Source: a virus. From it: a stretch of 64,000 nucleotides of DNA. The DNA lies in IMG/VR virus record IMGVR_UViG_3300036399_001571, positions 1 to 64,000 of that record, one strand, 5' to 3'. Within the stretch, counting starts at the first letter, position 1, and each line of letters opens with the position of its first letter. Of the stretch, positions 47,562 through 56,222 are shown piece after piece. Below the pieces are notes generated by a model. It had not been told where the DNA came from and made no database searches. It worked only from the letters and a program-made list of their open reading frames with translations. A program made the position numbers and the translations under genes.

Positions 47562-48323
47562 TTAGTCCTTAACGAAAGCCGTGTATCCGTAACTTTCAGA
47601 GTTGTGAAATGTGCTTCCATTTGAAAACTTTAGCACTTCGTGTAAATCACTTAGTGGGTGCAGGTTGTAATCGTCTCTGTAAATCTTCCCGGAATTGTTT
47701 GTTGAGTTTATCAGCAGCACACCGCCAGAAGACAGGGAGCCAATGCATTTTTCAAGCAACTCTATATCGTAAGCAACATCCCAGCCCATAACTTGAATTA
47801 GGTCAAAACCGGAAGCCTCTCCGTCGCCTATCTCGTCTGGCTCGACAACGCCATAACTTGTATCTCTAAGGCTTTCCGAACCGATACTCATGGAGTGGTC
47901 ACGTAGAAAAGTTTCAAAATTATAAAGAGATTGATTGTTAACAAAATTTATGCTGATGTTTTTTCTCTTAGAGAATTCTATGAATTGCGAACTCCACAAA
48001 TCCGGACTAAAAAACAGTATTTTTTCTGGATTCTTGACAGACATAAACAACTCAACCGAGTTATGCATGTTTGCCATTATCTCTCTCCACCCAGTCTGTG
48101 GGTTTAGGAGCAAATCCATATACCAAACCCCCTCCGAAGTACCCCTGGATGCGATTGACATATTCAAGTTCAAGGATGCTCGCCAATCAATTGCTTTTTG
48201 CGCTGACTCAAAGACCTCGTTAGTTATATCTTCCCAGGATGATTCCGTCCCCAGAACACGCTGCATGGGAGTATTACTCAACAGATGCGTAACCATTGCA
48301 GTACGTAGCCACCTATTGTCCAT
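47562..48323 (-). CDS. Possible SAM-dependent methyltransferase-fold protein
   Basis: FDLI and LSSGGVLLI C-terminal pattern; no clear glycine-rich SAM loop. Confidence 0.4.
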   Translation of the reverse strand: MDNRWLRTAMVTHLLSNTPMQRVLGTESSWEDITNEVFESAQKAIDWRASLNLNMSIASRGTSEGVWYMDLLLNPQTGWREIMANMHNSVELFMSVKNPEKILFFSPDLWSSQFIEFSKRKNISINFVNNQSLYNFETFLRDHSMSIGSESLRDTSYGVVEPDEIGDGEASGFDLIQVMGWDVAYDIELLEKCIGSLSSGGVLLINSTNNSGKIYRDDYNLHPLSDLHEVLKFSNGSTFHNSESYGYTAFVKD

Positions 48324-48633
48324 TTTCAGACGCCTTTGCCAACTTGTAGTTCCAGTATGCCTCTCGTGCAATACTTGTCATCTTTACATTTATTTTTGCC
48401 AAAAATCTTGGTATTGAATTAGACGTATAATCAGCGCTTGCGCCTCCCCTAATGTCACTGCTGTACTTCCAGAGCTGGCGTATTTTTACAGCTGCGTAAT
48501 CAATCCTCATTGAATCAATGTCGCTTGGGTCTTGGTCTGTAATAAAACATATGACCGCAAGTTTTTGTTCATTTCTTTTGGCGTCTTTTTCGGCGTCGTA
48601 CAAGTTTGCTCCGCCACTTTCCCTAGTTCTCAT
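48313..48633 (-). CDS. Hypothetical protein
   Basis: Fills the operon and overlaps its neighbours; start uncertain. Confidence 0.6.
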   Translation of the reverse strand: MRTRESGGANLYDAEKDAKRNEQKLAVICFITDQDPSDIDSMRIDYAAVKIRQLWKYSSDIRGGASADYTSNSIPRFLAKINVKMTSIAREAYWNYKLAKASENGQ

Positions 48634-48931
48634 TTGCTATTTCCTCCACTAATTCGTTACGGGTGAAGTCTCCAGGTTCTGTTTCTTCCCATTTTCTCTG
48701 TGGGTCATTTGACTGGAGTAGGTCGCAAAAAAAGGCAGCTCCATCTGGGAGTTCAAAGGATAAAAGCGCTGGATTCCAGCGAGGAACTTGGCTATCCCTA
48801 TTCGGGTTTTGCATTGGTTCTTGGATGAATGGATAATCCGGGTCCATATCTGGGCATATTTCATACCTCCCAGAATTTAGTGCAATTTCGACTATTGAAA
48901 TCTTCCGTGGTATTTTTGGAGCTATTTTCAT
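48623..48931 (-). CDS. Hypothetical protein
   Basis: Operon context. Confidence 0.6.
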   Translation of the reverse strand: MKIAPKIPRKISIVEIALNSGRYEICPDMDPDYPFIQEPMQNPNRDSQVPRWNPALLSFELPDGAAFFCDLLQSNDPQRKWEETEPGDFTRNELVEEIANEN

Positions 48932-48940
48932 AACCGCCCA

Positions 48941-49174
48941 CTAATCCCGGAGTCTTGCCAGCGCCGCCAATTGAAGTTTCAAACATTCGTATGCATCGTA
49001 CTGTGCAAGCAATGCAGTGTTTTCGTTTACCGAAAGGTCAACTGGGTTTTCCATACCAGCCTCTAGGTCATCATCTTCCACACCAAGAACAAAAGCAAGC
49101 GTGTATATTGAGTATTCGAGTATCTGAATTGCTTCAGCCTTGGCCTTTGCCAATTGTTCTGGTGTTAGTGCCAT
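48941..49174 (-). CDS. Small helical hypothetical protein
   Basis: 77 aa; operon context. Confidence 0.65.
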   Translation of the reverse strand: MALTPEQLAKAKAEAIQILEYSIYTLAFVLGVEDDDLEAGMENPVDLSVNENTALLAQYDAYECLKLQLAALARLRD

Positions 49175-49183
49175 GTTGGAAGC

Positions 49184-49420
49184 TTACTCAGCAATTCTTA
49201 ACTTGATGTTGTTAATCTTTGAGATAAAATCAGCAATCAATTTGTGGCCATGAATAATGCCGTTTGAGTCCATACCTGGGGTGAAGTTGACATCATCAAA
49301 CGTGTCTGGGTCGAAACCTTCTTGGAGCAGTCTCTCCATAAGCTGTCTCTCAATGTCCTTCAGGGTGCGCTGATAAACAAGCTTTTTTTCCTGAGTTGTA
49401 AAAGAAGATTCAAATTTCAT
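49184..49420 (-). CDS. Small helical hypothetical protein
   Basis: 78 aa; GGAGCAGCC upstream. Confidence 0.65.
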   Translation of the reverse strand: MKFESSFTTQEKKLVYQRTLKDIERQLMERLLQEGFDPDTFDDVNFTPGMDSNGIIHGHKLIADFISKINNIKLRIAE

Positions 49421-49465
49421 GGCTGCTCCGTAATCCGTACGTTGGACAAGTACCCATATTCTACA

Positions 49466-50167
49466 CTACGGATTGGCCAATTTCGGCAGACCAGTGAATG
49501 TCGGCCCTATCCGATTATCGTCAGCGTCAAGACCTGTACGAATCCCTTTGGTCCAAGTCCATGGTTTTTCAATACCATTTCGCGCCTTGAGTTCACCATA
49601 TTTCATTCTAGAATCCACCAGCTCGGCATCGTCCCAGAAATTTGAAACAATAACTTCGGTGTTTTCCAGAATTGAATTATCGTAAATATTAAAAAAACAA
49701 AATGGACTTCCTGCTTCAAAAACTACAGGCTCTCCAATTTTTGTTATTTTCCAGTTCATTTGAGATTCATCCGGCCACCAGTAGCTGGGTATTGTCGCAG
49801 TGAGCGGTATTGCTCCATCTACAAAATAGTTTGGAGAGCCTGAAAACCACGTGTTGTAACCTTCTTCAGTATTAATGACCCACCCCATATGGATGGAAAT
49901 CATTCCTATTATTGAAGATGTAGCCTGAACGCGACCGGATGAAGATATCTCGCCAGAAAGAATAACGGGAGGAGTATTTCCTCCATCCCACTGGACAACA
50001 AGGTCTTCCTCCATTTGCAATTCCCATCCGTAGACGTTTGCAACAGTCATTGGCAGGCACTGATAAGCGTGTTTATTGTAGGTGTTATCCATCCAGTCTC
50101 TTTTAATACGAGACTGTTCTATAACAGGTGGTTTCGAGTGCATTTTTTTAAGGAATAACTTTGTCAT
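49466..50167 (-). CDS. DUF6065-like protein
   Basis: HAYQCLPMTVANVYGW, VQWDGG, SGSPN, WWP and AGSPFC. Confidence 0.75.
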   Translation of the reverse strand: MTKLFLKKMHSKPPVIEQSRIKRDWMDNTYNKHAYQCLPMTVANVYGWELQMEEDLVVQWDGGNTPPVILSGEISSSGRVQATSSIIGMISIHMGWVINTEEGYNTWFSGSPNYFVDGAIPLTATIPSYWWPDESQMNWKITKIGEPVVFEAGSPFCFFNIYDNSILENTEVIVSNFWDDAELVDSRMKYGELKARNGIEKPWTWTKGIRTGLDADDNRIGPTFTGLPKLANP

Positions 50168-50898
50168 TTTTTAAAAATAAACCTTTCCCCAATGTCGCTA
50201 GATGTTGAAAAAACATTTGACTTATCGTATGTTGCTTTTTCCCCGTCAAGGTCTTTGCCGTAACCTTTCCACATTTTATGGAATCTGTCATTGTAGTCAA
50301 ACATTGTAACTGCTGCGTATTTGGTACCCCTCGTTACAGGCAGAGATGCATGAGCATAAATGTATGTAGATGGGAACATCACTATGTCGCCATAAGTTGG
50401 TTTGAACTTTATGTCAAGGTATGGGAACCATAATTCTCCACCCTCGTAATCGTCATTTAAATACATAACCGAAGACACTGTGCATATGTAAGAAAAACCA
50501 TGGTCAGCGTGTATGCTGAAGTGCTGCCCCTCCCTGTATCTAACATAATTAATTGCCTCCATAAAATCCATGCGCAAGTTGTATCTTGCTTCGTAATCTT
50601 GAAGGCAGGCTGTTAATCCATATACGGTATCGTTGTATATATTTATTAATTCAGAAAATTCTGATGGACAATTTTCAAGATGTGTTGGACTTATTTTACA
50701 GTCCACGCAATCTCTGTAGTCCTTCATTACTTCACCATCGCCAACCAGCGCCTGCATCCATGAGTATGGTGGCGTACTGCTTCCCCCAACAGTCGCCTCG
50801 AGGCGCTCTGGGATTCTCAAATCCTCGCTAAGCACATTTCTGTAAACTAGAAAACCTGCTTTGGGGTCGCCAACATATTCTACTTCAATGTTTTTCAT
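50164..50898 (-). CDS. 2OG-Fe(II) dioxygenase (HxDHG subfamily)
   Basis: HADHGFSYICTVS, YLNDDYEGGEL and HAS..V..GTKY. Confidence 0.9.
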   Translation of the reverse strand: MKNIEVEYVGDPKAGFLVYRNVLSEDLRIPERLEATVGGSSTPPYSWMQALVGDGEVMKDYRDCVDCKISPTHLENCPSEFSELINIYNDTVYGLTACLQDYEARYNLRMDFMEAINYVRYREGQHFSIHADHGFSYICTVSSVMYLNDDYEGGELWFPYLDIKFKPTYGDIVMFPSTYIYAHASLPVTRGTKYAAVTMFDYNDRFHKMWKGYGKDLDGEKATYDKSNVFSTSSDIGERFIFKK

Positions 50899-50902
50899 GA
50901 AA

Positions 50903-51436
50903 TCATCCTACACCCTCAAACCAGAGCGGCAACACCAAGCGATAGCCGTTTTTTACATTATCCACATAGTGCGAATAATCGATTCCGCTTGGGAAAAGCA
51001 CGCAGCTACGAGCAATTGGTTTGTATGAAATAGATAATTTTGGAAAAACTAGTTCTCCTCCTAAAAAATCATCATTAAAGTAAACAATCGAAGAAACAAC
51101 AAAATTTGAACAGCCATCCTTGTGGGAGCCATCCATGTTGACATTGTCTGCATGCTCTTCCGGTTTGTGGCCGACCTCCGTTTTGAACAAATTTGGCACA
51201 CAGGAATCAAGACTCAAACCGAACATTTCCTCAGCAGCAATTCGCACCCTTTCGGAAATAGAAAAAAGAATACCGTAGACAAAATCGTCTAAACACAAAA
51301 TATAATCACTACTGTAATACCTTACGCAATCATCGTCTTTTGCGTGATTTTCAACTTCTGGATATTTATTTACAAATTCAATAATTAACGAGCGTTCTTT
51401 CTCGGAAATAAAATTAAATTCATAGAATATTTTCAC
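50903..51436 (-). CDS. 2OG-Fe(II) dioxygenase
   Basis: HADN, YFNDDFLGGEL and HYV..V..GYR. Confidence 0.88.
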   Translation of the reverse strand: MKIFYEFNFISEKERSLIIEFVNKYPEVENHAKDDDCVRYYSSDYILCLDDFVYGILFSISERVRIAAEEMFGLSLDSCVPNLFKTEVGHKPEEHADNVNMDGSHKDGCSNFVVSSIVYFNDDFLGGELVFPKLSISYKPIARSCVLFPSGIDYSHYVDNVKNGYRLVLPLWFEGVG

Positions 51437-52066
51437 TCACTTCTCCACAGTATAAAAAGATGGCGTTGTATACCTGTAGCCTTTTTCAATCATGGTCACA
51501 CCATGCAAATAATTAACATCTCCTGGGTGTATTACTGCTAAACCTGGTCTTGGTTTAACGCTGATTTCGTGTTGCGGATAATAAAGTTCGCCACCGTCAA
51601 AATCATCGTTGTAATAAAATAACGAGTTTATATCGTAATTTACAAAAGCGTTTGGTCTTCCATCATTGAGCTGTTTGTCTGCATGCGGGCGTTGCTCTAT
51701 CCCGGGTCGCCACTTCATTATCACGGGTGGTCGGACTGATACCTGTACATTGAAAATATTTTCAATTGTGTTCTTCATTTTATGTATATATTTATCTATT
51801 ATTTTATGGACATCAGGATTTAGTCTAAGAATGATTTCGCTGCTGCACTGTCTATCATTCCAATAATCAGCGTTGTACAAACATGTTCCATCTTCCGAGT
51901 AAACGCTTTCTGCTTCATTGTTCCACTCGTTTATAGTTGGGCAAAAATTTTGTATTTTGTTTAGGTCTTCTTGGTCTATAAAATTTTCGATTATATGAAT
52001 ATTTTCTGGACCGCTACCAAAATGGCCCGGTGGTATTTCCCATGGTGAATTTTCAATTGCCGACAT
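51437..52066 (-). CDS. 2OG-Fe(II) dioxygenase
   Basis: HADK, YYNDDFDGGEL and HGV....GYRY. Confidence 0.9.
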   Translation of the reverse strand: MSAIENSPWEIPPGHFGSGPENIHIIENFIDQEDLNKIQNFCPTINEWNNEAESVYSEDGTCLYNADYWNDRQCSSEIILRLNPDVHKIIDKYIHKMKNTIENIFNVQVSVRPPVIMKWRPGIEQRPHADKQLNDGRPNAFVNYDINSLFYYNDDFDGGELYYPQHEISVKPRPGLAVIHPGDVNYLHGVTMIEKGYRYTTPSFYTVEK

Positions 52067-52084
52067 GTCAACAAGACTACCAAA

Positions 52085-52831
52085 TTACCGTTTCTGCACC
52101 AAATCATACAAATATTGGTCTATCTCAGAACGTCGTTTTATTTCTTTTATGTGGCTTTTATCTGGTTTGAATCCATTTTTATTTGAACAATTTAATGTGT
52201 TATAAATTGATTTATCCAAAGAAAAACCATGTGATTTTTTTAATTTTTGCTCAAGCCAGCTAATTGCCTCTAATCTTTTAGGAAGCGAAAACAAGTTCAT
52301 ATATTCAATTAACTCTTTTATCCCATCTTCGTCCGGCATGTCATTTTCTATAAAAACAATATTTTCATCATTCCGAACATCGTCATTACTAAGCGACACA
52401 AGAGACTTGTCAACAAATGCAATTCTGCAAAACAACATTTTTGACTGTATGTTTCCAGAGTTTGAAAACAGCTCATTAACCCCAAAGGGTGTCATGTTCC
52501 CATAGATGAACTCATCCATGTATTCATTCGACATTTTTAAACCAGCGCCAACTGATGCGTAAGCCGCAATACTCACAAAATGCTCTACTGGGTCTCTGAC
52601 TATTGAGAAAACTTCAAAGCCGTCGTTATTGTAAACAATTGGATTTTTTGCAAAGTGTCCAGATATGAAAGGAAAGTCTCTCATTCCTTCGTCGTCGTAC
52701 ATTAGCTGTGATTCATGTGCGTCTGGTAAATACACATCAACAATTCCATTATTGTAAAATGTTTTCCATAGTGCGTGGCAAATACCCATTCCTGAAGTTC
52801 TGGGTATATGCAAGTGGTACAAGCGCTTCAT
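52085..52831 (-). CDS. Sulfotransferase-like protein
   Basis: HLHIPRTSG (5'-PSB-like), SGHF and VRDP....S (3'-PB-like). Confidence 0.75.
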   Translation of the reverse strand: MKRLYHLHIPRTSGMGICHALWKTFYNNGIVDVYLPDAHESQLMYDDEGMRDFPFISGHFAKNPIVYNNDGFEVFSIVRDPVEHFVSIAAYASVGAGLKMSNEYMDEFIYGNMTPFGVNELFSNSGNIQSKMLFCRIAFVDKSLVSLSNDDVRNDENIVFIENDMPDEDGIKELIEYMNLFSLPKRLEAISWLEQKLKKSHGFSLDKSIYNTLNCSNKNGFKPDKSHIKEIKRRSEIDQYLYDLVQKR

Positions 52832-52835
52832 AAAT

Positions 52836-53585
52836 TTATCGTGCATCAAGAATTCTTTTTTGTTCTTTAGTAAAAAGTATGTTGTAAATTTCAAAATCTA
52901 GCCAAATTTTTGACATGATTAAATTTTTATGTTTTTTGCTTATCTTAAAATCTAGTCTTGGTGTTGAATTTACTATCTCAATGCTGTTCTCTATTTTTAT
53001 CTGAAACAAATCATACAAATACGCATTTAAAATATTGATAAAATAATCTCTATTTACAACAGTTCCAATAATTATGTTTTCAATTTTATTCATCACATCT
53101 TCTATTGATTGTGGTTTTTCCACAAACACAACTTTTTCGTGATTTGCAGTTTGCAATGCGAGGTATGAAGTCTTTGAATAAAGAAAACAAGACTGAGGGT
53201 TTTCGCAGCCGGACATACCCTCAAATTGAGACAACATTTCATTGCCCTCTGTCAAAAAAAAATCAAGAAAATCTTCCGTGAACGGTTGATTCGTATAGCT
53301 CGCAGCGTATTTTAATGTGCTTAGGTATTGTTCGTATGGCTCACGAATCATAGAAAATGAAAAAATGTTTTTAACTGTTTCTATTGGATTTCTCCCGAAA
53401 TGTCCACAGATTATTTCATTTGTTTTGGCTGTATCTGGGTTGAATACAAATTCAAATTCGCCCGGCAAATACACAGAAGGCTTAACTTTGTTTTTGCATT
53501 TACGAGCAGCATTTAACAAGTCGTACTGCATCTTCATTCCGGATGTTTTTGGTATGTGCAAAAAATAAGCTTTTTTATATTTCAT
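52836..53585 (-). CDS. Sulfotransferase-like protein
   Basis: FLHIPKTSG, CGHF and IREP....S. Confidence 0.78.
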   Translation of the reverse strand: MKYKKAYFLHIPKTSGMKMQYDLLNAARKCKNKVKPSVYLPGEFEFVFNPDTAKTNEIICGHFGRNPIETVKNIFSFSMIREPYEQYLSTLKYAASYTNQPFTEDFLDFFLTEGNEMLSQFEGMSGCENPQSCFLYSKTSYLALQTANHEKVVFVEKPQSIEDVMNKIENIIIGTVVNRDYFINILNAYLYDLFQIKIENSIEIVNSTPRLDFKISKKHKNLIMSKIWLDFEIYNILFTKEQKRILDAR

Positions 53586-54189
53586 TAATTTTAGCCATGT
53601 CAACCAACATTTTATTTTTTGTTGGAACCCAAAAATGGGCAGATGTGTACCGCACGCCAGAAATAATTTCGTTAACTCCGTGAGTGTAATTTCTGTTTGA
53701 TGGGAAAAATATGAGTGTCCCAGGTTTCGGTTTAAGTTTTATGTGATATTTTGGGAAAAAAATTTCTCCGCCCTCATAGTTGTCGTTCAAATACATAATT
53801 GAACCATAATCAACTATGTAGTTGTATGTAGGCCATCCACCTGCGGTTTCTCCGTCAGCATGAAGGTCTTGTCTTTCGCCTGGATGCCATTTCCTTAAAC
53901 CTGGATTTGCTTTTTCGAGTTCTCTACCAAAATGATATTCAATTTCATATTGAACATCATTTACACAATTTTGCAGTATCTGGTGTATCTGCGGAGAATT
54001 GTTTTGTATTTGAATATGTGTATGAATACTGTCAGAACCTAGTGGGCTCTGTGTTCCCCACTCAGTTGTTTTTTTGCAATATTCGTATATTTTTTTTACA
54101 TTTTCCGCAGAAATAAAATTTTCTTTTATAACTATGTTTCCAGGGTTTGAAAATGGAAGAGACTCTACATCAATCCAATCTGAATCCAT
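53575..54189 (-). CDS. 2OG-Fe(II) dioxygenase
   Basis: HADG, YLNDNYEGGE and HGV..I..GVRY. Confidence 0.9.
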   Translation of the reverse strand: MDSDWIDVESLPFSNPGNIVIKENFISAENVKKIYEYCKKTTEWGTQSPLGSDSIHTHIQIQNNSPQIHQILQNCVNDVQYEIEYHFGRELEKANPGLRKWHPGERQDLHADGETAGGWPTYNYIVDYGSIMYLNDNYEGGEIFFPKYHIKLKPKPGTLIFFPSNRNYTHGVNEIISGVRYTSAHFWVPTKNKMLVDMAKINEI

Positions 54190-54198
54190 CTACAGCGC

Positions 54199-55440
54199 TC
54201 ACTTAAATCCTGGAAAGAATGACGGAGGGAAGAACGGTGGGAAGAAAGGTGGGAAAAACGGTGGGAAAAACGGTGGGAAGAAAGGTGGAAAAAATGGAGG
54301 GAAGAATGGCGGGAAGAATGGAGGAAAATAAGGTGGAAAGTAAGGTGGGGCAACTGGTGTAACCGAACCTGAAGTTGCAGATTGCGAGCCATACGCGTTT
54401 GATGCCGTTACGGTAAACGTATAAGAAGTACCGTTGCTAAGACCAGTAAGGGTGACTGGTGATGCCCCAGTTGATGAAACCCCACCAGGGGACGAAACTG
54501 TTGTATGCGTTGTAGCACCAGTTCCAGCAGTGGCATTTGTATATGTAATAGTTGCTTGCGCGTTGCCGCCAGCAGCAGAAACGCTCGTTGGCGCTCCTGG
54601 TCTATTTCCTGCAGTAACAGAGTTTGATGATACTGACGTTGCAGAGCCGTATGTCGTAGATGCACTGACGGTGAATGTATAAGCGGTTCCAGCTGTTAGC
54701 CCAGTTGCTCTGATTGGACTTGTACCAGTAAAAGTCAAGCTGCCTGGAGTCGTGGTTACCGTATAAGTTGGAGAACCAGTCCCAGCTGAACCAGGAGTGA
54801 AGGGGACATCGATTGCTCTGTCCACGTTTTGAACTATTGCTGCGGTACCAATTGTTGGAGCGGTTGGAGCGTTACCTGCAGTCACTGAGTTTGAAGAACC
54901 AGAAGTTGCTGAACCAAATAGGTTTGATGCAGTAACGGTAAACGTATAAGCGGTTCCAGCAGTTAGGCCGGTAACTCGAATTGGGCTAGAACCAGTTGCG
55001 GTTATTCCACCGGGTGATGATGTCGCGGTAAAAGTTGTTACACCAGTTCCTGCAGTTCCAGCTGTGTATGGAACATCAATTGCTCTATCGACGTTTGCGA
55101 CAATTGAAGCAGTTCCAATTGTTGGTGCACCTGGGTTTTGGCCGATTGCAACAGACCCAGTTGTGACAGTGTCGGATGGAACTCCATAGTTTGTGTTTGC
55201 TACTAGAGAAAATGTATAAGTTGTTCCAGAAGTAAGACCTGTGAGTGTTATTGGTGAGCTAGATGCTGAAGCACTAACGTCTCCAGGGCTAGACGTCACC
55301 GTATAGGTAATTGTGTCTTTGCCAATATATTCAGACGGGGTAAAAGATATTGAAGCTACTGTGCCTGCGCCGGTATTGGTCGCAACGACATCTGTCGGTG
55401 TCGTTGGCTTTTTACCGCCACTATCTTTTAGTGCTTCCAT
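54199..55440 (-). CDS. FN3 x4 protein ending in a PPFF tandem repeat
   Basis: Four FN3 units (TGLT.GT.YTF) and C-terminal (PPYF)2(PPFF)8PPSFFPGFK. Confidence 0.85.
   Translation of the reverse strand: MEALKDSGGKKPTTPTDVVATNTGAGTVASISFTPSEYIGKDTITYTVTSSPGDVSASASSSPITLTGLTSGTTYTFSLVANTNYGVPSDTVTTGSVAIGQNPGAPTIGTASIVANVDRAIDVPYTAGTAGTGVTTFTATSSPGGITATGSSPIRVTGLTAGTAYTFTVTASNLFGSATSGSSNSVTAGNAPTAPTIGTAAIVQNVDRAIDVPFTPGSAGTGSPTYTVTTTPGSLTFTGTSPIRATGLTAGTAYTFTVSASTTYGSATSVSSNSVTAGNRPGAPTSVSAAGGNAQATITYTNATAGTGATTHTTVSSPGGVSSTGASPVTLTGLSNGTSYTFTVTASNAYGSQSATSGSVTPVAPPYFPPYFPPFFPPFFPPFFPPFFPPFFPPFFPPFFPPFFPPSFFPGFK
54211..54348 (-). repeat. 12-bp coding repeat encoding PP(F/Y)F
   Basis: Ten 12-bp units with synonymous variation, plus PPSFFP. 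Confidence 0.92.
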
Positions 55441-55443
55441 GAT

Positions 55444-56220
55444 TTACGCCGAAAGGTCTCCGATGAGCACCCAGGTATCGGCTGCTCTTTTTATCAGCGT
55501 AGCACCAGACCACTGTGCGCGAAGCTTACGTCCTGGAGTTGCATTGACTGTCACCCCTGAACCTTGTGTTACAGTGCACTGCCCTGAGCCGGTCTGAATA
55601 ATCGTGATGTGAGTTCCAGTGGGAAATAGGACTGTTGAGTCTGGCGGAACCGTCAAAGTGTTTGCAGTTCCAACACCCATTTCAACAATCTTATTTCTAT
55701 CTGAAAGCACAAGTACGTAACTGGCTGCTTGAGCATTTGTCAATGGCTCGGCCAATTTGTTTCTACCTATTCCAGCATCTGATGATATGTCTCCGTCGAC
55801 GATGGTTCCATCTTCAATCATGTATGAAGTAATCACTGCCTGGTCTGTTAAAACTACAGCAGTACCCGCAATTTTGTCCGGGTTAATTTCTGCGCCGCTG
55901 GTAATATGGATATCGCTAATAGCGTCATCATTAATCGTCAAAACACCAGAGCTAGTCATTTCAACATCGCCGGATATGGCGGTTGAAGTAGCAACACCGG
56001 ATGAGTTGTACATAACAATTTTCCCAGCGTCGCTGTCCACAAGTCTGTTGAGAGGAACAGAATCCTCGGTTAGAGACGAACCAGCAACAGCGCCCGAAGA
56101 AAACATTGCTGATGGGATTGTTACAAGAACCCAACCAGAACCGTTGAAGGTCCAGGTCTTACCCGCACTTACGTGAAGGTCGCCTGATTGCGCGTCTGAT
56201 GGAAAGTCAATCGCTGGCAT
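55444..56220 (-). CDS. Tail fibre-like structural protein
   Basis: IDFP....GD...GKTWTF.G.GW N-terminus; C-terminal TLTVPP..FP.GT..Q.GSGQ..GATLIKR..WVL.GDL; start moved to MPAID. Confidence 0.65.
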   Translation of the reverse strand: MPAIDFPSDAQSGDLHVSAGKTWTFNGSGWVLVTIPSAMFSSGAVAGSSLTEDSVPLNRLVDSDAGKIVMYNSSGVATSTAISGDVEMTSSGVLTINDDAISDIHITSGAEINPDKIAGTAVVLTDQAVITSYMIEDGTIVDGDISSDAGIGRNKLAEPLTNAQAASYVLVLSDRNKIVEMGVGTANTLTVPPDSTVLFPTGTHITIIQTGSGQCTVTQGSGVTVNATPGRKLRAQWSGATLIKRAADTWVLIGDLSA

Positions 56221-56222
56221 GA

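Noticed and set aside
34553-54189. TET/JBP-type DNA base oxidation as the role of the oxygenases
   Set aside because: The motifs (Y.NDDY.GGE, H.V..V..G.R) are P4H/AspH-like, and no DNA methyltransferase or base-modification kinase lies in the island. It cannot be fully excluded without profile searches.
54211-54348. CRISPR-like array
   Set aside because: The units are contiguous, lack spacers, and are in-frame coding with synonymous variation.
54199-54348. RiPP precursor releasing antamanide-like PPFF cyclic peptides
   Set aside because: The resemblance is real, but no prolyl oligopeptidase, cyclase or leader/core structure is seen, and the repeat is fused to FN3 structural domains.
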